Source: Candidatus Hodarchaeota archaeon (GTDB taxonomy: Archaea; Asgardarchaeota; Heimdallarchaeia; Hodarchaeales; Hodarchaeaceae). Taken from it: 18,819 bases of DNA. A model generated the notes under the pieces. The model was not told the origin of the DNA. It saw only the letters and a list, made by a program, of their open reading frames with translations, and ran no database searches. The stretch lies in NCBI GenBank assembly GCA_016840035.1, contig JAEOTC010000231.1, forward strand, positions 1 through 18,819. The letters are read 5' to 3'. The position numbers and the translations under genes are program-made. Shown here piece by piece: positions 1 through 9,217 of this stretch (within the stretch, counting starts at the first letter, position 1; each line of letters opens with the position of its first letter).

Positions 1-222
1 GGCAGGAGTGGAAGTCAGATGGGGCCAGAAGAAAAGATTGAAGGAATCGATAACTATTTTGAAGTTAGGGATGAGATATTAGAGGTACTTCGACAATTTC
101 GGCATCAATATGCCACTACCACAGAATCTCCTGGTACATACGAAAGCCAAGAACCTGTAAAAGGTTTTGAACAGCAGCTATTAAAGGAATTAAAAGAGAT
201 CAAAGAGATTTTGAAGAACTAA
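1..222 (+). CDS. 3' part of a gene entering from the left, probably a PH-domain (bPH_2/YdbS-like) membrane-associated protein
   Basis: Frame is open from base 1 (GRSGSQMGPEEKIEGIDNYFEVRDEI), resembling the end of bPH_2 domains, followed by a short amphipathic tail LLKELKEIKEILKN. A stand-alone 67-aa ORF from ATG 19 cannot be excluded. Confidence 0.5.
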   Translation, partial: GRSGSQMGPEEKIEGIDNYFEVRDEILEVLRQFRHQYATTTESPGTYESQEPVKGFEQQLLKELKEIKEILKN

Positions 223-253
223 TTTCTTCAACCATCTCACCTTATTTTTCCGT

Positions 254-272
254 GAAATAATCCCTTATAAAA
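254..272 (+). promoter_or_regulatory. Putative archaeal promoter (purine-rich BRE-like segment + TATA box TTATAAAA at 265-272) for the ABC-2 operon
   Basis: TTATAAAA preceded by GAAATAA in the intergenic gap; GGTGA SD at 318-322 lies 7 nt before GTG 330. Confidence 0.5.
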
Positions 273-314
273 CTGATTTTATTCTATTTAGATAAATAAA
301 TGTGACCCCCTAAT

Positions 315-1148
315 ATGGGTGATAATATCGTGGAAATGTTACAGATCAACAATTTAACTAAAAAGTTTGGAAAACGAAATATTGCGCTTGATAACTTCAG
401 TTTGAATATCAATAAAGGAGAAGTCTTTGGATTATTAGGCCCCAACGGTGCAGGAAAGACTACATTGATCCGATTATTAATCGGGTTAATTAAACCAACC
501 TCTGGAACCGCAAAAATTAGCTATAACGGAGAATATTATGATATCCATAAGGATATTATGAAAATCCGTGAACGGGCGAGTTTGTTGCCTCAAGAGGCGG
601 AAGTATATGAGAATTTGACTGCGAAAGAGAATATTCTCTATTATGGACAAATTTATGGCAATATGACAAATACAGAGGTTCAAGCACGAACTGAAGAATT
701 AATTGACATGATAGGATTACGCGGACGGGAAAATGATGTCACCAAAGAATTTTCTGGGGGAATGAAGCGAAAAGTTTTAGTGGCTCGTGCATTAGTTATG
801 GATCCTGACCTTGTTTTCTTAGATGAACCTACAACAGGGATAGATATCTTAGGAGCAAGAACTGTTCGGAACGTAATAAAAAAATTATCCAAAGAACTCC
901 ATAAAACTATTATTCTGACCACCCACGACCTTTCCGAAGTAGGAGAACTGTGTGATCGAGTGGGAATTCTAGTCAAAGGTAAACTAGCCGCGGTAGGAAC
1001 TCCTGATGAATTAGAAGAGAAATTCCAAAAAGCAGGTCTGGAAGATGTATTTATTGGCCTAACAACTGGAGAAGGAGTAATTGAAGAGGAATTTTTAGCT
1101 AAAGCGAAAAAGCCGACCCTCTTTTCTCGTATACTTAAACGACGGTGA
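315..1148 (+). CDS. ABC-2 type exporter ATP-binding subunit (NatA/DrrA-like)
   Basis: Walker A GPNGAGKTT, signature FSGGMKRK, Walker B LVFLDEPT, H-loop TTH. Likely real start GTG 330 (or ATG 336) after the GGTGA SD. Confidence 0.95.
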   Translation: MGDNIVEMLQINNLTKKFGKRNIALDNFSLNINKGEVFGLLGPNGAGKTTLIRLLIGLIKPTSGTAKISYNGEYYDIHKDIMKIRERASLLPQEAEVYENLTAKENILYYGQIYGNMTNTEVQARTEELIDMIGLRGRENDVTKEFSGGMKRKVLVARALVMDPDLVFLDEPTTGIDILGARTVRNVIKKLSKELHKTIILTTHDLSEVGELCDRVGILVKGKLAAVGTPDELEEKFQKAGLEDVFIGLTTGEGVIEEEFLAKAKKPTLFSRILKRR

Positions 1149-2476
1149 TAGACATGAATGTATTGAAACAAACTTTTTCATTAGTAAAACAAGAACTAAG
1201 ATCAGCTAGTAGAACTCGTTACATCGTAATTAGTTTTGTTTTTATGCCCCTACTCATGTGGGGACTCCAAGGAGGGCTCCAAATGCTTGTTGGCTTTTCA
1301 TTGACCTCCTCGCAGGCTGGTGAAACAATCTATGTCGTGAATTTTGATGCTGGGAACGGTACATACACACTCGGTGATGATTTTGTAGCCGATCTAAAAG
1401 AAGCTTCTTTGAACGAAACCAAGGAATCCTTCTTATTCGGATCTACGATCAATGATACAAGGTATTCAGATTATACATATTCTCAGCTTATCGATCTCAC
1501 TAAAGATCCCGAACAAGCAAGTAATGTAATGCCATTAATAATTATACCCCTTGATTTTACTGTTGTATTTGACTCATTTGTAAATTTAACTATTTCTGCT
1601 CCCCCAAGGGTCGAGCTATATACCTTACCAGGAGGTATACTTGGTTCTGAACTGCTTCAAGCAGGTATTGGCATGATTTTAGCTGATGAACCATATACCA
1701 GGGTTGATATTAAGAAATTAAGTTATCTTCAAGCAAATACAGTTACCTTTCCTGGAGAAGAATCAGCTGCTTCTGGATTTGGTGTAGGTTTCATTGGTTT
1801 TATTTCTGTAATTATCGCGGTTATGGCTCCGGCTCCATTTGTATCTACAAGTTTTGCGGGTGAAAGAGAAAAGAAAACAATGGAGTCTTTATTAGCTCTC
1901 CCAATCTCACGATTCAACATTTTGCTTGGGAAGTTGCTTGCAGGAATGGTCTTAGTAAGTATCTTTGCTGTTATGAATATGGTTGGACTGCTTGGATTCT
2001 CTTTTGTTATTAGTTTAGCGGATACAGGATCTGAGTTCAATGCTGCAGAAATGTATGCTATAGATCCAACTGTGATCATGCTATTTCTCATTGGTCTCAC
2101 CATGTTTCTCTCAGCCTTTGTTTCGATTGGGATTGGTATCTCAATTGCCTCTTTAACGAAAGATGTTAGAAGTGCCGAATCTTTGTATTCTATGGTAATG
2201 TTACTTCCATCTATGATTGTTGGAATGTCATCTATGTTTGGATCCCTTCCAGAGGAATCGTTTGGAGGCGCAGGAATCGTTTTGTACTTAATCCCTTGGA
2301 GTCATGCCATTGCTATTCTTTCTAAAGGATTATACCCGCAAACATATGCATCGAGCGCAATTACTGGCAGTATCCCTGGAGATTTACTCTTACATCTGGG
2401 ATATCTTGTGGTAATAATTCTGATTGCATTGTTCATTGCCTCGAGAGTCTTTGAACGTGAAGGAATTCTAACATAA
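1145..2476 (+). CDS. ABC-2 type exporter permease (NatB-like)
   Basis: One N-terminal TM helix, large extracellular loop with N-x-T sequons (NGT, NET, NDT, NLT), multi-TM C-terminus, and motif SFAGEREKKTMESLLALPISR..ILLGK. Coupled to the ATPase; likely start ATG 1154 after GGTGA (1144-1148). Confidence 0.9.
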   Translation: MIDMNVLKQTFSLVKQELRSASRTRYIVISFVFMPLLMWGLQGGLQMLVGFSLTSSQAGETIYVVNFDAGNGTYTLGDDFVADLKEASLNETKESFLFGSTINDTRYSDYTYSQLIDLTKDPEQASNVMPLIIIPLDFTVVFDSFVNLTISAPPRVELYTLPGGILGSELLQAGIGMILADEPYTRVDIKKLSYLQANTVTFPGEESAASGFGVGFIGFISVIIAVMAPAPFVSTSFAGEREKKTMESLLALPISRFNILLGKLLAGMVLVSIFAVMNMVGLLGFSFVISLADTGSEFNAAEMYAIDPTVIMLFLIGLTMFLSAFVSIGIGISIASLTKDVRSAESLYSMVMLLPSMIVGMSSMFGSLPEESFGGAGIVLYLIPWSHAIAILSKGLYPQTYASSAITGSIPGDLLLHLGYLVVIILIALFIASRVFEREGILT

Positions 2477-2503
2477 TTCCTCTCTCCCCCTTCTTTTTTA
2501 TCT
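2477..2503 (+). terminator. Pyrimidine-rich/oligo-T archaeal-type terminator between convergent genes
   Basis: TTCCTCTCTCCCCCTTCTTTTTT directly after the permease stop codon. Confidence 0.55.
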
Positions 2504-2519
2504 TGAACTCTTCTATATC

Positions 2520-3452
2520 TTATATTAAAATTAGGACTACTCCGCTCAATATTAATAGTAGGCCGAGAAATTCAAGTGTTGAGATTTTTTCCTTGTTTAT
2601 TAACCAGGAAATTGGTATAGAAAATAAAGGACTTGCCGTTAACATCAGTGAAGTATAAGGTGCTCCTGCCAATCGTGCGGCTTCTGAATATAACAAAATG
2701 CCCAGAGCTGTACCAATTATTGAAGCTGCAAGTAGTATGCCTATAACTTTTCCCTCATAGGGACTTCTATACAATGAATCAGGATTTTCCCGATTAGCAG
2801 GTCTTGATTTCCACCCCATTACGCAAAGGATCACCGCTGCAAACGGAAGTCGAATAGCATTCCCCAAAAATGAAGTTTCTTCTCCTTGAGGAAGGAGTTC
2901 ACTTAATTCAGTAAACCCAATATCTGTTAGAACAATGGCTATAGCCCATGAGATTGAGGCGATTAACAAGGTAACTACCATTAAAAGATATTTTGAAATT
3001 TCTTGGTTCATCGATAATTCCTCCCGTGAAATTTGACTCTTCGATATAAGGATGATCCCTGTTCCAATAATAATGCCAGAAAGGAATAAAATTTCCGAAA
3101 TTTGTTCACCAATAAGAATGGATATCACAAATGTGAAAAAAGGCATTGTTCCTGAGATCGCTAGAGCGATGGTTGTACCAAGCGATTCTTGACCTATAAA
3201 GTAAGCGGTATCGCCTATGATTTGACCAAAAAAGATACTAATGAGGAGAAGAACTAAGAGAGTTGCAGGAATTAAGCCGAGAAATTTCAATTGGTCATTG
3301 AGTAATATAAATAGAACGAAAAATAGTGCTCCAATGCTTGTTCGAATGGCATTGATTTGAGAGGGAGTAAAGAGATCATCCACTTTTTTGAACAGTGCGT
3401 TTGCTAGGGGAAATGTAATTGCTGTAGCTACCGCTAAAAGTTCTCCTGCCAT
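2520..3452 (-). CDS. DMT superfamily (EamA-type) transporter
   Basis: 310 aa, about 10 TM helices in two repeats (GQIIGDTAYF...PFFT and GTALGILLY...SPLFSIPISWLINKEKIS). Confidence 0.9.
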   Translation of the reverse strand: MAGELLAVATAITFPLANALFKKVDDLFTPSQINAIRTSIGALFFVLFILLNDQLKFLGLIPATLLVLLLISIFFGQIIGDTAYFIGQESLGTTIALAISGTMPFFTFVISILIGEQISEILFLSGIIIGTGIILISKSQISREELSMNQEISKYLLMVVTLLIASISWAIAIVLTDIGFTELSELLPQGEETSFLGNAIRLPFAAVILCVMGWKSRPANRENPDSLYRSPYEGKVIGILLAASIIGTALGILLYSEAARLAGAPYTSLMLTASPLFSIPISWLINKEKISTLEFLGLLLILSGVVLILI

Positions 3453-3471
3453 GATTCAAACCTAACTAGTA

Positions 3472-4836
3472 TTATTGGCCGAGAAATTCCTTGGCTAAAT
3501 TATAGTAAGCCATTAATGAATATTCTACTGTCTTTAAATTGACACGCTCATTGGGACCGTGAGGTAGTTTAGCCATTGTATTGAGAGGAGTATCAGGGTC
3601 AAACAAAGAAAACCCATATGCTTGAGTTCCTTGTTCTCGAAGGTATCTAAGATCAGTTGCCCCAGCTACAACGAGAGGTACAAATTGAACATTGGGATAT
3701 ACTTCAGAAACAGCTTTACACATAAATGGAACAATTTCTGATTCTGGATTACTTGCAGTTCCTTCTGATGTGAAAAATCCGGGCTGATCTGGAGGTTGTT
3801 CAATTATCGCTTCTTCCCCTAATTTTCCCATTGCTTTTCTGAGCTGTTTTTCAATATATTCATCATTTTGATTTGGTAGGGTGCGGATATCCACATCAAG
3901 ATACGCTTCACCTGCGACAATGTTTGTTTTAGTACCCCCATGGAAAATATTGGGGGAAATAGTCATTCTCGAGAGAGCATGTAGTAATCGAGCCATGACA
4001 GGATTCTGTCGGTGGGCCGTTCTTAGTACAATTGGAAGAAGTAAACGATGACTCAGCATAAAACGTGTTATTCTGTTTAATCCGAGTCCATTCACCATGA
4101 TTTTGATGTAGTCTAGGTTAATGGGGGGGGTATATTTGCTGAGTTTTTCTGCTGCAATCGCAGCTTTCACAACTGCATTATCACTCTTATATGGCATTGA
4201 TCCGTGAGTTGGTGTTCCCTTAAAGGAAACGCGTTTCCAAGCGGCTCCTTTTTCACCTGTTCCAAACAAGAGTTTACCTGGGGTGATTGGAATTCCACCA
4301 GCTTCGCTCAGAGCGTAGTCAACCTTCATGAAGTCAGGTTCATTTTTCATTAACCATTCGGTCCCGTAAATCCCTCCTGCTTCCTCGTCAGCGACTATAC
4401 ATAGTTTTAAATCCCCTTTTGGTTTAAACCCCTCTTCATGAAGACGTACAAATGCTTGAACTTGAGTGGCAACAATAAATAACATATCAAGAGTTCCCCG
4501 TCCCCAAATCTGTTCATCTTTAATAATTCCGCTAAATGGCTCTACTTCCCAAGCAGATTCGTTACCAATTGGAACTACATCAACATGAGAAGGTCCAAAC
4601 ATAAGTGATGGGCTTGATCCCTCACCTTTGATTTCAGCAATTAAGTTACCTCTTTCAGGTGCTGATTCAATGATTTTACAAGGGATGTTTCGTTGTTTCA
4701 AGTGATTTTCAATTGTGAGTATTGATTTGAGTTCTGTTCCAGGAGGATTGATACATTTATTCTGTACCATGGTTATTAATAATTCGTTTACTTCGTTAAT
4801 ATGCGTATTTTTAGATACCATCTTTAATCCAACCAT
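3472..4836 (-). CDS. M20/M25/M40 family metallo-amidohydrolase (ArgE/DapE fold; CPS1/PM20D1-like subgroup)
   Basis: Metal and catalytic motifs SHVDVVP, GRGTLDM, DEEAGG, SEAGG, HGPNER; dimerisation-domain motifs HGSMP and KTNIV. Start may be ATG 4821. Confidence 0.92.
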   Translation of the reverse strand: MVGLKMVSKNTHINEVNELLITMVQNKCINPPGTELKSILTIENHLKQRNIPCKIIESAPERGNLIAEIKGEGSSPSLMFGPSHVDVVPIGNESAWEVEPFSGIIKDEQIWGRGTLDMLFIVATQVQAFVRLHEEGFKPKGDLKLCIVADEEAGGIYGTEWLMKNEPDFMKVDYALSEAGGIPITPGKLLFGTGEKGAAWKRVSFKGTPTHGSMPYKSDNAVVKAAIAAEKLSKYTPPINLDYIKIMVNGLGLNRITRFMLSHRLLLPIVLRTAHRQNPVMARLLHALSRMTISPNIFHGGTKTNIVAGEAYLDVDIRTLPNQNDEYIEKQLRKAMGKLGEEAIIEQPPDQPGFFTSEGTASNPESEIVPFMCKAVSEVYPNVQFVPLVVAGATDLRYLREQGTQAYGFSLFDPDTPLNTMAKLPHGPNERVNLKTVEYSLMAYYNLAKEFLGQ

Positions 4837-4888
4837 TTTTGAGCCATGAAATAATAGAAATTGAGTTTTTCCTTGATCACTTTGGAGG

Positions 4889-4895
4889 TTATAAA
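4889..4895 (-). promoter_or_regulatory. Putative TATA box (TTTATAA) for the M20-DMT unit
   Basis: TTTATAA on the minus strand in the 97-bp gap, about 55 nt upstream of the M20 ORF. Confidence 0.45.
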
Positions 4896-4933
4896 TAACT
4901 AATAAATTCTGTTTAACTAAGCCTATTGATACT

Positions 4934-5740
4934 TTAGCTCTGCTGGGATAGGAAATTCATCACAATCTCATTAAATTCATTTGGTTTTTCCCACGTAACC
5001 ACATGTCCACTATCTGGGATAACGTGAATTTCGGAATTAGGAATATTCTCATGAATTATTTTGGAGTATTTCTTCGGGGGTTTCAAGATATCTTTCTCCC
5101 CTCCTATAACACAGGTCGGAATCTTAATTTGATTTAATTGATCTGTAATATCAAGCTTAAGAAATGCGTCCATAAGTCTAACAAAGGAAGGATAATTAAA
5201 ATCTTTATAGCGACCTTTTGCTTGCTCCAACAAATCAGAATTATTTTTAATGTATGTTTCTGAAAAGTTGAATGGAACCGTGGAATAGTAAAACATTAAT
5301 GGGTTTGCTAGAACACACGCCTCTCTCCATAATTGTGCTACTTGCGCTAAGTAAGGACCAATATAAGAAACTCCACAACAGACAACGAGGGATTTTACCA
5401 GTTCTGGATATTTTAATGCAAAAACCATTCCCAACTCACTCCCATAGGAGATCCCGATATGATGAACGTGTTTGATGTCTAATACTTCTAGTAAGGCCTT
5501 TTGATCAGCCGCGTGAAGATCAAACGTATAATCCCCACTGGGTTTATCGCTCTGACCTTGGCCTCGCATATCATATAGTATAACTTTGTATTTTTTGGAA
5601 AATTCGGGAATCTGATTAAACCAACTGACGGTGTTAGCAAAGATCCCATTCGCGAAAATTAGAGGCTCTCCCTCTCCATGGATTTCGTAATAAATATTGA
5701 TTCCATTAACTTCAATTGTTGGCATTCCAAATCTTCTCAA
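4934..5740 (-). CDS. Alpha/beta hydrolase (PcaD/enol-lactonase-like serine hydrolase)
   Basis: YDMRGQGQS, nucleophile elbow GISYG, GEKD acid, SGH His. Likely start ATG 5725 (MPTIEVNG). Confidence 0.92.
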   Translation of the reverse strand: MRRFGMPTIEVNGINIYYEIHGEGEPLIFANGIFANTVSWFNQIPEFSKKYKVILYDMRGQGQSDKPSGDYTFDLHAADQKALLEVLDIKHVHHIGISYGSELGMVFALKYPELVKSLVVCCGVSYIGPYLAQVAQLWREACVLANPLMFYYSTVPFNFSETYIKNNSDLLEQAKGRYKDFNYPSFVRLMDAFLKLDITDQLNQIKIPTCVIGGEKDILKPPKKYSKIIHENIPNSEIHVIPDSGHVVTWEKPNEFNEIVMNFLSQQS

Positions 5741-7281
5741 TTACTATATTTTTCACGGAGTGCACGCTTAAGGATTTTGCCTGCACCAGATATAAACGGA
5801 GTAAAACTGTCGATAAAGACGACAGATTTTGGAACTTTAAATTTAGCAAGTTTCCCCTGACAGAATTCTACAATTTCTTCAGCAGTTGGGTCTTCACCTG
5901 ATTTTTTTACCGCGATAATTCTCCCGACTTCCCCCCATTTTGGATCAGGAATACCTATTACTTGCACTTGAGCTAGTTTTGGATGTTCTTCCAGGATTTT
6001 TTCTATTTCCCTTGGGTAAATGTTTTCTCCACCACTAATAAACATATCTTTCGTCCGATCAACGACGTAAAAGTAGCCTTCATCATCGTAGCGAACCATA
6101 TCTCCCGTTGCGAAATAACCTTCATTATCTAAGAGTTTTTCATTTAATTTCGGTCGATTCCAATACCCTGACGTTACAGTTGGTCCTTTAAACATCAATT
6201 CTCCCACCTCATTTGGTCCACAACGATTTTCAGTTTCAGGATCGACAACCTTAACATCAATAAAGAAATTTGGAGTACCAATACTGCCTATTTTCCGTTC
6301 AGCATCGACAGGGTCAAGAGCAAAACATCCAGGACCCACTTCAGTCATTCCAAACCCTTGTTTGAATTTCACCCCATGGGTCTCTTTGAAGGCCCGAATT
6401 ATGTCTAATGGGAGTGGTTCTCCTCCTGATGTTAGAAATCTCACACTGCTAAAATCTGTGGATGAGAAATTCGGGTTTGACATTAACATTCTGTGCTGCG
6501 TAGGAACTGCAAAAAAGAAGTTTGGTTTTTCTTGCTGAATTAAATTTAGAACTGTTTCTGTATCCCATGTTCGCATCTGTAATACTCTTCCTCCCAGGAT
6601 GAAAAGCGGAACTGGATATACATATGTTCCTCCAACATGAAATAAGGGTAAATGATTGATATAGGTGTCTCCAGGGAGAATATCACGTATAGTGTTAAGA
6701 GTATTGAACGCTACATGTTGATAGGTGATTAAAGCGCCCTTAGGCAGACCTGTTGTCCCTCCAGTAAATACTATTCCCATGGCATCATCGTAATGAAGTT
6801 TTGGAGAGGTCGGAGGTGAGCTTGAAGCGCTAGCAACTAGATGTTGATATGCCAAAGCATCTTTTGGACTTTCTTTAGAAGAATCCATCACTAACCAATG
6901 GGTTACAGAGGTTTCTCGTGATACTTCAAGAGAGATCTTACTGAATTCTTTTCCCACCATGACAACTCTGGGGGTAATATCGTTAATTAAACCAGAAAGT
7001 TCTTGAGACACTAATCGCCAGTTAAGGCCTGCGAGAATTCCACCTATTTTCTGGCATCCAAAGAATAATTCCCAGTATTCTAAAGTGTTTAAAGCAATAA
7101 CTGCTATTCGATCACCCTTTTTCACCCCTAAATCGTGAAGAGCATTTGCTACTCTATTTGCGCGAGTATTAAATTCTTCATAAGTGTATTTTCTACCTGT
7201 TTCCACTTCAATAATGGCTTCACTTTTTGGTGAATATACCACTCTTTTGGAAAGATAATCAAATTGGTTTACCATTTTCAT
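5737..7281 (-). CDS. Acyl-CoA synthetase / AMP-forming fatty-acid-CoA ligase (ligase 2)
   Basis: ANL motifs FTGGTTGLPKG, QGFGMTE, TGD, ISGGENIYPREIE, GKILKR. Confidence 0.95.
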   Translation of the reverse strand: MKMVNQFDYLSKRVVYSPKSEAIIEVETGRKYTYEEFNTRANRVANALHDLGVKKGDRIAVIALNTLEYWELFFGCQKIGGILAGLNWRLVSQELSGLINDITPRVVMVGKEFSKISLEVSRETSVTHWLVMDSSKESPKDALAYQHLVASASSSPPTSPKLHYDDAMGIVFTGGTTGLPKGALITYQHVAFNTLNTIRDILPGDTYINHLPLFHVGGTYVYPVPLFILGGRVLQMRTWDTETVLNLIQQEKPNFFFAVPTQHRMLMSNPNFSSTDFSSVRFLTSGGEPLPLDIIRAFKETHGVKFKQGFGMTEVGPGCFALDPVDAERKIGSIGTPNFFIDVKVVDPETENRCGPNEVGELMFKGPTVTSGYWNRPKLNEKLLDNEGYFATGDMVRYDDEGYFYVVDRTKDMFISGGENIYPREIEKILEEHPKLAQVQVIGIPDPKWGEVGRIIAVKKSGEDPTAEEIVEFCQGKLAKFKVPKSVVFIDSFTPFISGAGKILKRALREKYSN

Positions 7282-7307
7282 ACACCCGTTGACTTATATA
7301 TTTCCCG

Positions 7308-8321
7308 TTACCACCATCGTAATACTGCTGCCGAATAGTTTGCTCCTCCTCCTGAAGTACAAAGTGCAATTAGCTCCCCGTGGCCGCTCCCTGGCTTTGG
7401 GAGCTTCTTTTGAGTTATGGCATCATAAATACAGAGAGGTACACATGCTGAACCTGTGTACCCCCACTTATCCATGACAGTATGAGTCTTAGATATATCC
7501 GAACCCATTGCATGGAGAACAGCTTCAATCGTTTTTAAGTTAACCTGAGTAAAGAAAAACCAGTCTACATCATTGGGTGTAAACCCAGCTTTTGATAATG
7601 CGGTTTTTGTCACAATAGGCCAGTTTTTAAGGTTCGTTTCAGGTGGAAATCGTTTTCGAAATGCTACATGATGTCTGTGATTCTCTATAGCTTCAATTGT
7701 TGGAGGTTCGACTGTGCCTCCTACAAAAATCCCTAAATGATCATGAAAGCTCCCATCTGCCATTAATTTAGAAGATATATACCCTTTTTGTTTAGTATCA
7801 GCAGATAAAAGAAGAGCTCCTGCCCCATCAGCGAAAAGTGTGCAGGTATAATGATCAGTCCAATCAACATAGCGAGTCATACCATAGGCACCAATGACTA
7901 AAACGTTTTCTATGGTTTCATCGGTTTGGATATAGCGAGCTCCAATATCTAATGCAGATACAAATCCTGCACAAGCTGCATTTACATCAAAGGTCCCAGC
8001 GTTCTTTGCTCCAAGTTTATGTTGGACAACAACTGAAGTTGCTGGACTCAAATAATCAGGAGTATCTGTACTAACAATGATTAGATCAATATCTTTAGAA
8101 CTTACTTTCGCATTTTTTAATGCTTCTTGAGCGGCATATACGCATAGATCTGATGTAACTTCATCATCGGCCATGATATGTCGTTGTTTGATACCAACAT
8201 TCTTTACAAGCCAATCTGCAGTTCCAGGTCTTTGAAGCATTTCCTCCAATTCTTCATTTGTCAGAACTTTTTTTGGAACATACATCCCTACCCCTGTAAC
8301 GACAGCAGAGCGTTCCATCAA
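7308..8321 (-). CDS. 3-oxoacyl-synthase III (FabH/KAS III)-fold protein A with non-canonical active site (Cys-Thr-Tyr)
   Basis: GMYVP N-terminus, FDVNAACAGF (Cys117), LFADGAGA, GGG..AAVLRW C-terminus. HQAN is replaced by TQVN and GNTS by GYTG. Confidence 0.92.
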   Translation of the reverse strand: MMERSAVVTGVGMYVPKKVLTNEELEEMLQRPGTADWLVKNVGIKQRHIMADDEVTSDLCVYAAQEALKNAKVSSKDIDLIIVSTDTPDYLSPATSVVVQHKLGAKNAGTFDVNAACAGFVSALDIGARYIQTDETIENVLVIGAYGMTRYVDWTDHYTCTLFADGAGALLLSADTKQKGYISSKLMADGSFHDHLGIFVGGTVEPPTIEAIENHRHHVAFRKRFPPETNLKNWPIVTKTALSKAGFTPNDVDWFFFTQVNLKTIEAVLHAMGSDISKTHTVMDKWGYTGSACVPLCIYDAITQKKLPKPGSGHGELIALCTSGGGANYSAAVLRWW

Positions 8322-8324
8322 AAA

Positions 8325-9191
8325 TCAACCCTTAGGAAGGATAGTTCTTTTTGGTTCGGGGATGAAAGTTCCTGAGTCTACTTGCTCGTAAAAATCTAAT
8401 ATGGTTTGGTTAAACTGAGTATGTCTTTCAACTTCTATCCTATGGGGACCATCTTCGAAAAAAACCAGTTTCGAATTAGGTATCAACTCAAGGAGCATGT
8501 CGGCATTTTCAGGAGGGACAACCTTATCCTTCTGGCCATGGAGTATTAGGGTGGGAGACTTTATCTCATGTAAATGAGATTCTGAATCAAAATCTAAGCT
8601 TGCTTGAGCTTGTCTTCCCCGAGCATAATCTGGTTGAGGATTATCGAGAACCCACCTATCCATCTGATTGAGTAAAGGCTTATTTGCGTTTAGAAATTCC
8701 TCACTCCATGCAGTACTTCTTCGAATAGCCATAGCTTGTTCAAGAGAAATTGTTTCAGTTGGATAAGTAAACATTGCTGCAAGCATCTTATCTGAAGCTT
8801 GAATCGCTCGCTTGTTTGCAGCCCCGAATGCAGTGGATGAGATTGCTAAACCTGCCACCATTTCTGGATGAGAAATCGTTAATTGTTGTGCGATATATCC
8901 TCCCATACTAATCCCAAGAACATGAGTATGTTTTATCCCTAGTGCATCAAGCAATCCCTTTGCATCATCTGCAAACATTTGAATTGAATATTCCTCATCC
9001 GGTTTAGACGTCTTTCCTGCTCCACGATTATCGAATATTATCACTTTATACTTCTGACTGAATGATTCCAACTGTCTAAACCAAGTCCAGATTGCAACAC
9101 CCCAGCCTTCCAATAAAACTAATGGAAATCCATCTGAAGGTCCATGTATCTCATAGTAAATCTTAATATCATTAACGTTTATGTATGGCAT
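8325..9191 (-). CDS. Alpha/beta hydrolase (PcaD/MenH-like fold serine hydrolase)
   Basis: FDNRGAGKTS, nucleophile elbow GISMGG, HGQKD acid, GPH His; GGAG SD upstream. Confidence 0.92.
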   Translation of the reverse strand: MPYINVNDIKIYYEIHGPSDGFPLVLLEGWGVAIWTWFRQLESFSQKYKVIIFDNRGAGKTSKPDEEYSIQMFADDAKGLLDALGIKHTHVLGISMGGYIAQQLTISHPEMVAGLAISSTAFGAANKRAIQASDKMLAAMFTYPTETISLEQAMAIRRSTAWSEEFLNANKPLLNQMDRWVLDNPQPDYARGRQAQASLDFDSESHLHEIKSPTLILHGQKDKVVPPENADMLLELIPNSKLVFFEDGPHRIEVERHTQFNQTILDFYEQVDSGTFIPEPKRTILPKG

Positions 9192-9217
9192 TTTATCTCC
9201 TCATATCATACTTATCA

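Noticed and set aside
4123-4130. G8 homopolymer as a phase-variation tract in the M20 gene
   Set aside because: The frame is intact (Thr-Pro-Pro) and a single sequence gives no evidence of length variation.
4934-9191. OleABC-like olefin/beta-lactone pathway (thiolase-fold enzyme + hydrolase + AMP ligase)
   Set aside because: OleB uses an Asp nucleophile whereas these hydrolases have GxSxG; there is no OleD reductase; OleA keeps His/Asn-type residues that KAS III-A lacks.
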